A stretch of DNA of 64,000 nt from an uncultured Tateyamaria sp. GTDB taxonomy: Bacteria > Pseudomonadota > Alphaproteobacteria > Rhodobacterales > Rhodobacteraceae. Numbering within the stretch: the stretch's first letter is position 1; each line of letters starts with the position of its first letter. The stretch is from contig CANMVD010000009.1 of assembly GCA_947501275.1 (NCBI GenBank), forward strand, positions 9,925-73,924. Direction: 5' to 3'. The notes under the pieces are model-generated. The model was not told the origin of the DNA. It worked only from the letters and a program-made list of their open reading frames with translations, and searched no databases. Made by a program: the position numbers and the translations under genes. Below are positions 19,641 through 29,332 of the stretch, one piece after another.

Positions 19641-19723
19641 TTGGATGCGTTTGCGCGCAAAATGCCGGTTCAAGATGCGCCTTACCTTTACCCTTGGCCG
19701 CGCGCTGGGCTAGCGTTGTGGGC

Positions 19724-20410
19724 ATGTGTGGACGATTTGCAGTAACCCTACCCAGCGATGCCATGGCGCAGCTTTTTGCGGCGTCCCCCGCCAACGATCT
19801 GCCGGATGTCCCGAACTACAATGTCTGTCCAACCAATGCGGTTCACGTGGTCACGTCGCAGGAAGGCACAAGGCGCTTGGGCGCAATGCGGTGGGGGTTC
19901 ATTCCCCATTGGTACAAAAAGCCCAATGACGGCCCGTTGCTCATCAATGCCCGTGCCGAAACAATTGCAGAAAAACCTGCCTTTCGCGCTGCTTGTCGGG
20001 AACGACGCGCGATTTTGGTCGCCAGCGGATTTTATGAATGGACACGCGACGCAGAAACACGCTTGCCATGGTACATTACGCGCACAGATGCAGCGCCATT
20101 GGCTTTCGCAGCCATCTGGCAGGAGTGGCAGTCCAAAGATGCGCCGAACGAGATACAGCGGACCGTCGCGATTGTAACCACTGCCGCCAATGCCAGCATG
20201 TCCGCCATACATCATCGCATGCCGGTGATTGTTGAACCGGACGATGTTGCGATGTGGCTGGGCGAAGAAGGTAAAGGGGCCGCACGCCTTATGCATGCCG
20301 CCCCCGAAGATGCTTTACGCTGGCATCGCGTGGCCACAACGGTGAATTCCAACCGGGCGTCCGGTCCGGAGCTGATCGAAGTCTTGGACGACGATCCCGC
20401 GTTGCGCTGA
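19724..20410 (+). CDS. SOS response-associated peptidase (SRAP/YedK/HMCES)
   Basis: MCGRF N-terminus (Cys2), INARAET, GFYEW, IHHRMPVI. Confidence 0.93.
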   Translation: MCGRFAVTLPSDAMAQLFAASPANDLPDVPNYNVCPTNAVHVVTSQEGTRRLGAMRWGFIPHWYKKPNDGPLLINARAETIAEKPAFRAACRERRAILVASGFYEWTRDAETRLPWYITRTDAAPLAFAAIWQEWQSKDAPNEIQRTVAIVTTAANASMSAIHHRMPVIVEPDDVAMWLGEEGKGAARLMHAAPEDALRWHRVATTVNSNRASGPELIEVLDDDPALR

Positions 20411-20439
20411 ACAGACGCTGTGCCGTGCGTGGCCCGTGA

Positions 20440-20787
20440 TCAGTTCACGGGGCCTGAAGCAAAGCTCATGTTGCCGGACACGATGAATTCACCGTTGTCG
20501 TCAATCTGGTCTGCATCGTAGAACGTCTTTTGGACTGTGTTGTCGATGACCATTGTTACTTCGGCATCCACAGCAATGGGGCCAAGCGCCCAGCTGTCGT
20601 TCTTGGCGATGATGTTATGCGTCGATCCGGACGCATTGATAAAGCGGACTGTATCCCCGGCATCCATGTACGTGATTTTTGGGAAATAGGCGTCAGGCAG
20701 GATCAGAACAACATGTTCATCCGCCTGAGCGGCGGTCGCCAACGACAATGCAGCCGTGGTCAGTCCAACGAAAATCGCGCGCTTCAT
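20440..20787 (-). CDS. Secreted cupredoxin-like protein lacking the type-1 Cu cysteine
   Basis: Signal peptide (AAQA); YFP......GDTVRFIN.....HNI plastocyanin-like N-half; no Cys in the protein. Confidence 0.65.
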   Translation of the reverse strand: MKRAIFVGLTTAALSLATAAQADEHVVLILPDAYFPKITYMDAGDTVRFINASGSTHNIIAKNDSWALGPIAVDAEVTMVIDNTVQKTFYDADQIDDNGEFIVSGNMSFASGPVN

Positions 20788-21014
20788 GGCAGCACTCCTT
20801 CTATTGCGGCCCCACCCGTCAAACAGAATCAACTCATGTTTCTATGATCTGAAATTGGGGCTGAAATGGGGCAAGGATGAGGCAGCCTTTGGGCGGTTGC
20901 TTCGCTTTGGCCTGCGTGGCACACCAGAGTGCGAGTGGTGCGCGCAGCCGCCTCATGGTTATGGCGCTCCAAAACATCTACACCTGTCGCGACGCCAAAA
21001 CGGGGAGAGAATCC

Positions 21015-22238
21015 ATGAATGTCGAACCCAAGATTCTGAAAGCCAAGGACGCCCCGGACCTCGGGACCTTTGACTGGGCTGACCCCTTCCGATTGTCTGA
21101 CCAACTGTCCGAAGACGAGCGCATGATCCAATCGTCTGCGGCGGCCTATGCCGCTGAAAAGCTGGCACCGCGTGTGGTTGATGCGTTTGCTCAGGAGACC
21201 ACCGACCCGGACATCTTTGCGGAAATGGGAGAGATGGGCCTGCTTGGTGTGACGTTGCCCGAGGAATATGGCGGGCTTGGCGGCTCTTATGTGTCGTATG
21301 GTCTGGTTGCGCGCGAAGTGGAGCGTGTCGACAGCGGATACCGCTCGATGATGTCGGTGCAGTCCAGCCTGGTGATCTACCCTATCTATGCTTATGGGTC
21401 CGAAGCACAGCGGCAAAAGTACCTGCCTAAACTCGCGTCTGGCGAATGGATCGGCTGTTTTGGTTTGACGGAACCGGATGCAGGGTCTGACCCGGCGGGT
21501 ATGAAGACTACGGCCAGGAAGACGGATGAAGGGTATGTGCTGAACGGCGCAAAAATGTGGATTTCGAACGCCCCGATCGCCGATGTGTTTGTGATCTGGG
21601 CCAAGTCGGATGCGCATGGCGGCAAAATCCGGGGTTTTGTTCTTGAAAAAGGTATGGCGGGACTCAGCGCGCCAAAAATCGAAAACAAGATGTCTTTGCG
21701 GGCTTCGATCACAGGTGAAATCGTGATGAAGGACGTGGTAGTCTCAGAGGATGCACTGCTGCCAAATGTACAGGGTCTCAAAGGACCCTTTGGCTGTTTG
21801 AACAGGGCGCGGTACGGCATTTCATGGGGTGCAATGGGTGCGGCAGAGTTCTGCTGGCACGCGGCACGCCAGTACGGTCTGGATCGCAAGCAATTCGGCA
21901 AGCCGCTCGCTGGCACACAACTGTTCCAAAAGAAACTCGCGGACATGCAGACAGAAATTGCTCTGGGATTGCAGGCATCGCTTCAGGTGGGACGCCTGAT
22001 GGATCGCGCCGAAGCCGCGCCCGAGATGATCTCTATTGTGAAGCGCAACAATTGCGGCAAGGCGCTCGAAATTGCACGCCATGCACGTGACATGCACGGC
22101 GGCAATGGAATCTCGGGTGAATTCCAGGTGATCCGTCACATGATGAACCTCGAAACCGTAAACACATACGAGGGAACGCATGACGTTCACGCCCTGATTC
22201 TCGGACGTGCTCAAACCGGGCTGCAGGCATTTTTCTGA
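21015..22238 (+). CDS. gcdH: Glutaryl-CoA dehydrogenase-type acyl-CoA dehydrogenase
   Basis: [53 protein letters not shown]. Confidence 0.88.
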   Translation: MNVEPKILKAKDAPDLGTFDWADPFRLSDQLSEDERMIQSSAAAYAAEKLAPRVVDAFAQETTDPDIFAEMGEMGLLGVTLPEEYGGLGGSYVSYGLVAREVERVDSGYRSMMSVQSSLVIYPIYAYGSEAQRQKYLPKLASGEWIGCFGLTEPDAGSDPAGMKTTARKTDEGYVLNGAKMWISNAPIADVFVIWAKSDAHGGKIRGFVLEKGMAGLSAPKIENKMSLRASITGEIVMKDVVVSEDALLPNVQGLKGPFGCLNRARYGISWGAMGAAEFCWHAARQYGLDRKQFGKPLAGTQLFQKKLADMQTEIALGLQASLQVGRLMDRAEAAPEMISIVKRNNCGKALEIARHARDMHGGNGISGEFQVIRHMMNLETVNTYEGTHDVHALILGRAQTGLQAFF

Positions 22239-22370
22239 TTTCGCGATGGGCATGTGCCCGGGCTCGTCTCTGCCCGGGCGCCAATCCGACAGTCCTGTCT
22301 TCCGCTCACTAGATGTACCAACTGCCTGAAATTATGCCTTTTTATCGGGCTATTCTTGTATCTGGGAGTG

Positions 22371-22392
22371 TTTTTGCACACGTGTGCAAAAA
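22371..22392. promoter_or_regulatory. Candidate LacI-family operator of the ABC/SnoaL island
   Basis: Perfect 22-bp palindrome TTTTTGCACACGTGTGCAAAAA with central CG, 54 nt upstream of the ATPase ATG. Confidence 0.8.
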
Positions 22393-22446
22393 TTCCTTGC
22401 GCGACTCGCGATGCTGGTCTTACGCTGAGTTAACCAAGGGGGCACC

Positions 22447-23493
22447 ATGGCAGAAATCCAACTTCGCAATATCAACAAACGCTGGGGCAGCTTTGTTGGC
22501 GTTGACAGTTTTGACCTGACCATTGCGGATCAGGAATTCCTTGTTTTGCTCGGACCGTCGGGCTGCGGCAAGACGACGACAATGCGCATGATTGCAGGAC
22601 TTGAAGACGCCACCGAGGGCGACATCATGATTGATGGCAAGCGCGTCAATGATCTCGACCCCAAGGATCGTGATGTGGCCATGGTGTTTCAATCCTACGG
22701 CCTTTACCCCCACATGAACGTCTACGAAAACATCCGCTTTCCGCTGAAGGTGCGCAAAGTGGATGCGGCCAGCCACGATGAGAAAGTGCGCCGTGCCTCG
22801 GCCATGGTCGAGCTTGACGATTTCCTTCATCGCAAACCGGCCGAGTTGTCGGGCGGCCAACGCCAGCGCGTTGCTTTGGCGCGCGCCATTGTGCGTGAAC
22901 CAAACGTGTTTCTGATGGACGAACCCCTGTCCAATCTTGACGCCAAATTGCGTGTATCGACCCGCGCCCAGATCAAGAACCTGAGCCACGAGCTGAAGGT
23001 GACGACTGTCTACGTGACCCACGACCAGATCGAGGCCATGACGCTTGCCGACCGCGTTGTCGTGATGAAACAGGGTAAGGTGCAGCAAGTTGGCACGCCA
23101 ACGGACATCTACGACCGCCCGGCCAATACGTTTGTGGCCAGCTTTATTGGTTCTCCGGCCATGAACCTGATGGAAGGGTCCGTTTCCGGCGGGACATTTA
23201 CGGGCGACAATGTTTCGATCGAAGGGCTTTCCGTACCGGACGGCCCAGCGACGGTGGGCTTTCGGGCCGAAGACGCGACGTTGGCCGAAAGTGACGGTCA
23301 GATCAGCGCGCCCATCTACACAATCGAGCTGCTGGGGGATGCCACCATGCTGACGGTGCGCGCGGGCGGACAGCTGGTGTCGGTAAAGGCCCACAAGGAA
23401 TTCCGAGCCAACATCGGCGATATGGTGTCCTTCTCTATTCCGGCGGGCATTTGCCACGCCTTTGATACCTCGTCTGGCGAACGGCTGGATTGA
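22447..23493 (+). CDS. CUT1 (MalK/UgpC-like) ABC transporter ATP-binding protein
   Basis: GPSGCGKT, LSGGQRQR, MDEP, VTHDQ.EAM, C-terminal TOBE-like region. Confidence 0.95.
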   Translation: MAEIQLRNINKRWGSFVGVDSFDLTIADQEFLVLLGPSGCGKTTTMRMIAGLEDATEGDIMIDGKRVNDLDPKDRDVAMVFQSYGLYPHMNVYENIRFPLKVRKVDAASHDEKVRRASAMVELDDFLHRKPAELSGGQRQRVALARAIVREPNVFLMDEPLSNLDAKLRVSTRAQIKNLSHELKVTTVYVTHDQIEAMTLADRVVVMKQGKVQQVGTPTDIYDRPANTFVASFIGSPAMNLMEGSVSGGTFTGDNVSIEGLSVPDGPATVGFRAEDATLAESDGQISAPIYTIELLGDATMLTVRAGGQLVSVKAHKEFRANIGDMVSFSIPAGICHAFDTSSGERLD

Positions 23494-23592
23494 GGCAACG
23501 GCGCGCGATCGGGGGCACTCATCGCGCACTGCAAAACCGCCAGTGCAGGCTTGCAAGATGCACTGGCTCATAACGCAACAGGGAGTTTGCAT

Positions 23593-24825
23593 ATGTATCT
23601 GAAGAAACTGGCACTGGCGGGCGCGGTCTCGCTCTCGGGCATGTTGATGAGCACGGGCGCATACGCGGCCTGCGCATATGAAAACACGGTGCCGCTGAAA
23701 TCGCTGAGCGCGGGTTTTGAAGCGTGGAAAGCTGTCACAGACGCGATGGCGGAGTGCGGCAACTTTGAAGCAGAGCTGGATCAGGAATTCCGCACGAAGC
23801 AGCCCGCTGCTTTTGCGGCAAACCCGTCGCTGTATCAGATTGGCGGCGTGTCCAACGGCACAATCACACCTTTGCTGAACGCAGGCACCATCCGTCCGCT
23901 GGATGATCTGGTCGCCAAATACGGTCAGAACCTTGCGCCCAACCAACTGATCCGCGTGGATGGCAAGATCATGGCCGTGGCCATGATGGTGAACACGCAG
24001 CACCTGATGTATCGCGAAGACATCTTCAACGACCTCGGCATCGAGACACCCACATCCTGGGATGAAGTCTTTGCCGCCGCCGAAAAGATCAAGGCAGCCG
24101 GTGTGGTGGACTACGCGATTGGCGCGACAATGAAGTCGGGTTGGAACCTCGCGCAGGAATTCGTGAACATGTATCCCGGCTTTGGCGGTCAGTTCTTCAA
24201 TGGCGACAACACGACAGCTGTGAATTCTGACGCTGGTATCAAGGCGTTGGAAACAATGGCGAAAACACTGCCATACGCTGATCCAGAAGTGCTGGTCAGC
24301 GATTCCACCTACGTGCAGCAGCAGTTCCAGCAGGGCAAGATTGCCATGTCGAACCTGTGGGCAAGCCGTGGCGGTGCCATGAACGATGCCAACGAAAGCT
24401 CGGTTGTGGGCAAGGTCAAAATGGCCGCTGCACCAGTGGCCATGGAAGGTGGCGCACCAGCGACCACGCTGTGGTGGGATGGTGTCGTGATTGCCGCCAA
24501 CATCTCGGATGAAGAGGCAGATGCCGCGTTCCGACTGGTGATGGAAGGCATGGACGAAGAGATGGTCAAGGCCAACAACGAAGCCGCGATCTGGCTGGTG
24601 GGTGGCTATGAGCCGGGTCCATTGGCTGCCGGAGCAATTGCCACCGCGACAGCGACGCCTGCGGCTCCGCCTTATCCTTCGACCACGCAAATGGGTCTGT
24701 TGCACACCTCGCTGGGCAACGAACTGCCAGCCTTCCTGACGGGTGAACGCGATGCGGCGGCGACGCTTGTGGCCATCGAGGAAAGCTACACCACTGCCGC
24801 CAAGGAAGCCGGCATTCTGGAATAA
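23593..24825 (+). CDS. CUT1 ABC transporter substrate-binding protein
   Basis: Signal peptide (AYA); LMYREDIF..LGIETPTSWDE SBP_bac_1-like motif. Confidence 0.9.
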   Translation: MYLKKLALAGAVSLSGMLMSTGAYAACAYENTVPLKSLSAGFEAWKAVTDAMAECGNFEAELDQEFRTKQPAAFAANPSLYQIGGVSNGTITPLLNAGTIRPLDDLVAKYGQNLAPNQLIRVDGKIMAVAMMVNTQHLMYREDIFNDLGIETPTSWDEVFAAAEKIKAAGVVDYAIGATMKSGWNLAQEFVNMYPGFGGQFFNGDNTTAVNSDAGIKALETMAKTLPYADPEVLVSDSTYVQQQFQQGKIAMSNLWASRGGAMNDANESSVVGKVKMAAAPVAMEGGAPATTLWWDGVVIAANISDEEADAAFRLVMEGMDEEMVKANNEAAIWLVGGYEPGPLAAGAIATATATPAAPPYPSTTQMGLLHTSLGNELPAFLTGERDAAATLVAIEESYTTAAKEAGILE

Positions 24826-24833
24826 GAGAAAAT

Positions 24834-24867
24834 GCGGTTGGCCGGGGTTAACGTCTCGGCCAACCGC
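24834..24867 (+). other. Intra-operon stem-loop after the SBP gene
   Basis: GCGGTTGGCCGGGG-TTAACG-TCTCGGCCAACCGC; no U tract; typical position for stabilising SBP mRNA. Confidence 0.6.
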
Positions 24868-25090
24868 CCACAGTCGGGGGACCAATGGCACAGGAATTAG
24901 ATCATAGCGATGTGGGCGGTGGCTTTGCTGGATGCGCGGTGGACGCGCATCTTGCTGAACACCCCGGCACGAAGTCCTGCGTGATCAAGACGAGGTCAGA
25001 TGACACTGACAGCAGGCCACCCGCGGCAGCGCCAATTGTCGGCAGGCAGATCGGCAGCCAAAGGGCCGACGTGACACAAAGGAAAGCGGC

Positions 25091-26119
25091 ATGAAATTCA
25101 AGACGTTCTTCTGGTTCGTGGCTCCGTCCTTGTTCATGATGATCCTGTTCATCGCGGCGCCGCTGATTTCAGTTTTCATCCAGTCCTTTCAAATCACGCA
25201 GCCGGTCATGCAGCAGATCGAGGTTGAGACCTGTACGCCCGGTTTCCTGACCCAGACCTGCACAACCGAACTGAAAACCGTTCCGGTGATTGATGAGGCC
25301 ACTGGAAAGACCCAGACCACAACGGCTTGGGTCGGCCTAGAAAGCTATCGCAACGTGCTGCAAATGGACAAGGTATGGGCCGCGATCGGCTCGGGCCAGT
25401 TCCGTGACATCCTGCAAATCGATTTCTGGAAAGCGTTGCGCTTTACCTTGACGTTCACGTTGTTGACCCTGCCGTTGGTGGTGGGTGTCGGCCTTGCCAT
25501 CGCGCTGGCCGTGAACAATGCGGCCAAGTCGCTGCGCGGCCCTGTGATTTTCATCTCGCTTTTGCCTTTCATTATCACGCCGGTGATCGGGTCGTTGTCG
25601 ATCTATTGGCTGTTTGTGGGTGACGGCATTCTGACCACTACGCTTGAACGCTGGACCGGGCAGGATATCGCCATGTTCGCACAAAGCTGGACCATCGAAT
25701 TACTGATGTATTTTTACCGGGTCTGGCACGTGGCGCCCTTTGCCTTTGTGATTTTCTATGCCGGGCTGCAAACAGTGAATATGGATACGCTGGAAAGCGC
25801 CATTATCGATGGGGCATCCCGCTTTGAGCGGTTGCGCTACGTGATCGTGCCGCACCTGATGCCGTTGATCGTGTTCATTGCGCTGATCCACTTGATGGAT
25901 TGCTACCGCGTGTTCGAAGAAATCATTGGCTTCCGCTCTGAAGCGCACGTGATTTCCCTGCAATGGCTGACCTTTGATTTCCTCACACCGGATGATGCGG
26001 GCAACCGGGCGATCAGCCGCGCCTCTGCAAGCGCCATGCTGACCATGATCGGGATCGTGATCCTGTTGATCCTGCCACTGCGCCGCACATGGCGTGACCA
26101 TAAGGGAGGGGCGCACTGA
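25091..26119 (+). CDS. CUT1 ABC transporter permease (MalF-like)
   Basis: FVIFYAGLQ...TLESAIIDGASRFERLRYVIVPHL (EAA loop). Confidence 0.92.
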   Translation: MKFKTFFWFVAPSLFMMILFIAAPLISVFIQSFQITQPVMQQIEVETCTPGFLTQTCTTELKTVPVIDEATGKTQTTTAWVGLESYRNVLQMDKVWAAIGSGQFRDILQIDFWKALRFTLTFTLLTLPLVVGVGLAIALAVNNAAKSLRGPVIFISLLPFIITPVIGSLSIYWLFVGDGILTTTLERWTGQDIAMFAQSWTIELLMYFYRVWHVAPFAFVIFYAGLQTVNMDTLESAIIDGASRFERLRYVIVPHLMPLIVFIALIHLMDCYRVFEEIIGFRSEAHVISLQWLTFDFLTPDDAGNRAISRASASAMLTMIGIVILLILPLRRTWRDHKGGAH

Positions 26120-27273
26120 TGTCCTCGAAAGCCACTGCGCAGCCGCTGTCGCTGAAGATCGCCTCTGGTGCATTCCTCGCCTTCTGGTGTGTGCTTGCTG
26201 CCTTTCCAATCTTCTGGATTGCGGTGATGAGCGTCAAATCCCCGCGCGACGCCTTTGCGGCAAGCGCGTGGGACGTGATCACCGGCCCAGTGACCCAGGC
26301 TGCCGGCAATGGACTGTCCGTTCTGGATATCGTGATTGGCTTGGCCTTCTTGGTCTATGCTGTTCGCTGGGCCTTTACCGGCCTGCCCAAGCTGATTGCC
26401 CACTTGTCCCCGCCAGCGTGGATCGTGCTTGGCTGGCTGGTTGGTGCGGCTGTCTATGCGGTCGTTTTCGTGCTGCTGTTCTTTGGGCTGTTGCCGATCA
26501 TCCTTGGGGCCGTCAACGCGATTGCGGGACCTTTGGGCACGCCGATCCTCGGGTTGACGACGGAACACTATGTGGCCGTGTGGGGCGAAAACGCATTTTA
26601 CGAAAACTTCATCAACTCGATGATCGTGACGGCGGGCGTTGTCACCGTGTCGCTGACGGTGGGTACATTGGCGGGCTACGGGCTGGCGCGTTCTGGGTCA
26701 AACCTTGCGTTCTGGCTGTTGATCCTCGCGCTGATCTTTCGCGCGCTGCCGCATTCGGTTTTGGTGGCTGGCTACTTGCCATGGTTCATCAACTCTGCGG
26801 AAATCCTGCGGCCCATTTTTGGCGAGCTTTCCCCGACGCTTTATGGTCAGCCATGGGCGGTGATCGCCGTTCTTGTGGCCATCAACCAACCCTTCACCAT
26901 CTGGATGCTGCGTTCGTTCTTCCAGAACATTCCGTCCGAACTGGACGAGGCTGCGCGGGTTGACGGGTGCAGCCACTTTCAGGCGTTCCGCCGGGTGATT
27001 ATGCCGGTCATGTGGCCGGGGGTTATCACGACGGGTCTGTTCAGCTTTTTGTTGGGCTATAACGACTTCCTCGTCACATCCTTGCTGCTGGATGCCCAAA
27101 ACCAAACGATGGTGCCGGCAATTGCGGGCTACTTTAACCGCGAAACCACAACCACGGATCAGGTCGAAGCGGTGGCCGCGGCTGTGTCCATCACGGCGCC
27201 ATTGTTCCTGCTTGTCATGGTCTTTCAACGTCAGATCGTGAGCGGGTTGACTGCAGGGGCGGTCAAGGGCTGA
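26119..27273 (+). CDS. CUT1 ABC transporter permease (MalG-like, with extra TM insertion)
   Basis: FFQNIP.ELDEAARVDGCS EAA loop; 384 aa with an additional hydrophobic hairpin near the N-terminus. Confidence 0.92.
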   Translation: MSSKATAQPLSLKIASGAFLAFWCVLAAFPIFWIAVMSVKSPRDAFAASAWDVITGPVTQAAGNGLSVLDIVIGLAFLVYAVRWAFTGLPKLIAHLSPPAWIVLGWLVGAAVYAVVFVLLFFGLLPIILGAVNAIAGPLGTPILGLTTEHYVAVWGENAFYENFINSMIVTAGVVTVSLTVGTLAGYGLARSGSNLAFWLLILALIFRALPHSVLVAGYLPWFINSAEILRPIFGELSPTLYGQPWAVIAVLVAINQPFTIWMLRSFFQNIPSELDEAARVDGCSHFQAFRRVIMPVMWPGVITTGLFSFLLGYNDFLVTSLLLDAQNQTMVPAIAGYFNRETTTTDQVEAVAAAVSITAPLFLLVMVFQRQIVSGLTAGAVKG

Positions 27274-27344
27274 TGAGCAGTGCATCGCGATCTGGCCGGA
27301 TGCAACGGCACCCGGCGCTCAACCGAATGCCCCGGGATTTCATC

Positions 27345-27375
27345 TGCAATACGTCGATCTCTTCAACGTATTGCA
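27345..27375. other. Intergenic inverted repeat before the first SnoaL gene
   Basis: TGCAATACGT-N11-ACGTATTGCA perfect 10-bp arms. Confidence 0.55.
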
Positions 27376-27404
27376 CACTCAAAGATGAATGAAAGGATGA
27401 TCCC

Positions 27405-27935
27405 ATGAAAGGATCTCGCCCCGAGCAAGCGGTGCTGACCCGCGACACGGACATGAGCAAAACGGATGCGACCCGCGCTGTGATTGAAGGTATGGTGGAC
27501 GGTCTCAATGACCACCGGATCGACGACATTGGCCAGTTCTTTGCACAGAGCTTTCGCTGGATGGGCAATACAGGGTGCGGCACCAAGACCGGCTTGCAGG
27601 AGTTTCAGGACAACTGGCAGCGTCCGTTTCAGGCGGCCTTTTCCGACAAGGTTTGCGTGGACGAGGCCCGTCTGTTCATGGGCGAATGGGCTGCGGCCTT
27701 TGGGCGACAGGAGGCCACGCACTCGGGCACCTTCATGGGGGTCGCCCCGACCGGCAAGCGGATCGAGATCCGCTATATGGATTTTTGGAAAGTCGAGGAA
27801 GATCGCATCACGGATAACTACGTGATGGTCGATTTCCCGCATGTATTGGCGCAGCTGGGGGTGGATGTATTCGACGGCGAGGGTTGGGAAGCTTTTGATC
27901 GCGGCGACAAGACCCCGCCGCGCCCGGATCAATGA
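27405..27935 (+). CDS. SnoaL/ester-cyclase-like protein (single NTF2 domain)
   Basis: ATHSGTFMGVAPTGKRIEIRYMDFWKV..DRI.DN.V.VD; AAAGGA RBS before ATG 27405 (alternative ATG 27453). Confidence 0.85.
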   Translation: MKGSRPEQAVLTRDTDMSKTDATRAVIEGMVDGLNDHRIDDIGQFFAQSFRWMGNTGCGTKTGLQEFQDNWQRPFQAAFSDKVCVDEARLFMGEWAAAFGRQEATHSGTFMGVAPTGKRIEIRYMDFWKVEEDRITDNYVMVDFPHVLAQLGVDVFDGEGWEAFDRGDKTPPRPDQ

Positions 27936-27943
27936 GGTAAGTC

Positions 27944-29272
27944 ATGACAATTGAGTATCTGAAGACGGCCAAGTCCGAGGCGGAACGCGCCGAAGATGAC
28001 GCCAAAGTGCGTTCAGCCGTCGAAGCGACGCTTGGCGATATCGAGGCGCGCGGAGATGAGGCCGTACGAGAATTGTCCGAAAAGTTCGACAATTACAGCC
28101 CGGACTCGTTCCGGCTGAGTATCGCGGAAATCGAGGCTCTGATTGCGGAGCTTTCCCCGCGTGAACTGGAGGATATCAAGTTCGCCCAACAGCAAGTGCG
28201 CGACTTTGCTCAGGCGCAACGAGAGTCGATGCTGGATATCGAGGTCGAGACGATGCCCGGTGTGATCCTTGGCCATAAAAACATCCCGGTTCAATCCGTG
28301 GGCTGTTACGTGCCCGGCGGCAAGTTCCCGATGGTGGCCTCGGCCCACATGTCGGTGGCTACGGCTTCGGTGGCAGGTGTGCCACGCATCATCGCCTGCA
28401 CACCACCTTGGCAGGGCAAACCCAATGCGGCGGTGATTGCGGCGATGCATCTGGGTGGCGCCCACGAGATTTACGTGATGGGGGGTATTCAGGCAGTGGG
28501 TGCGATGGCCATCGGGACCGAGACGATTGAACCCGTGCACATGCTTGTTGGACCGGGCAACGCCTTTGTCGCAGAAGCAAAGCGCCAGCTTTTTGGACGC
28601 GTCGGCATAGATCTGTTTGCCGGTCCCACCGAAACCATGGTGATTGCGGACGAAACCGTGGACGGAGAGATGTGTGCAACCGATCTGCTGGGACAGGCCG
28701 AGCATGGCTACAACTCACCCGCTGTTCTGCTGACCAATTCACGCAAACTGGCTGAGGAGACATTGGCAGAGATTGACCGGATTCTGACCATTTTACCGAC
28801 GGCCGATACCGCATCGAAGTCGTGGGAAGATTATGGTGAGGTCATTCTGTGCGACACCTACGACGAGATGTTGAAGGTGGCCGATGATGTCGCCAGCGAG
28901 CATGTGCAGGTGATGACGGATCGTGACGACTGGTTCTTGGAACATATGACCTGCTATGGGGCTCTGTTCCTTGGGCCGCGCACGAATGTCGCCAATGGCG
29001 ACAAGGTGATCGGCACCAACCACACTCTGCCCACCAAAAAGGCAGGGCGTTACACTGGTGGTTTGTGGGTTGGCAAGTACCTCAAGACGCACTCGTATCA
29101 GAAGGTCCTGACAGACGAAGCCGCCGCCGAGATCGGAGCCTATGGGTCGCGTTTGTGCATGCTCGAGGGGTTCGTGGGCCATGCAGAGCAATGCAATCTG
29201 CGGGTGCGCCGCTATGGCGGCGTAAATGTGCCCTATGGCACGGGTGCGCCTGCACGGGATGCTGCGGAATAG
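27944..29272 (+). CDS. Histidinol dehydrogenase-superfamily NAD/Zn dehydrogenase, HpsN-like paralog of unknown substrate
   Basis: [54 protein letters not shown]; no his operon context. Confidence 0.88.
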   Translation: MTIEYLKTAKSEAERAEDDAKVRSAVEATLGDIEARGDEAVRELSEKFDNYSPDSFRLSIAEIEALIAELSPRELEDIKFAQQQVRDFAQAQRESMLDIEVETMPGVILGHKNIPVQSVGCYVPGGKFPMVASAHMSVATASVAGVPRIIACTPPWQGKPNAAVIAAMHLGGAHEIYVMGGIQAVGAMAIGTETIEPVHMLVGPGNAFVAEAKRQLFGRVGIDLFAGPTETMVIADETVDGEMCATDLLGQAEHGYNSPAVLLTNSRKLAEETLAEIDRILTILPTADTASKSWEDYGEVILCDTYDEMLKVADDVASEHVQVMTDRDDWFLEHMTCYGALFLGPRTNVANGDKVIGTNHTLPTKKAGRYTGGLWVGKYLKTHSYQKVLTDEAAAEIGAYGSRLCMLEGFVGHAEQCNLRVRRYGGVNVPYGTGAPARDAAE

Positions 29273-29323
29273 GGGCTTTGCTCCTCGGCTGCGCCTCACC
29301 CCAGGATTTTTTGAACAGAGAAA
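29272..29323 (+). repeat. REP-like element, copy D (divergent)
   Basis: GGGGCTTTGCTCC-[GGCTGCGCC hairpin]-ACCCCAGGATTTTTTGAACAGAGAAA; same layout as copies C and E. Confidence 0.55.
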
Positions 29324-29332
29324 CCAGACGTC

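Noticed and set aside
22420-24891. Long antisense or alternative-frame ORFs in the track (e.g. 22420-24891, 30175-31689, 2279-3412, 5323-6438, 16045-17142, 35666-36790)
   Set aside because: They shadow well-supported genes on the other strand, lack motifs, and are expected from high-GC codon bias.
27944-29272. Calling this gene hisD (histidine biosynthesis)
   Set aside because: No his genes nearby, it is embedded in a catabolic operon, and it has GDK rather than GDY; treated as a paralog.
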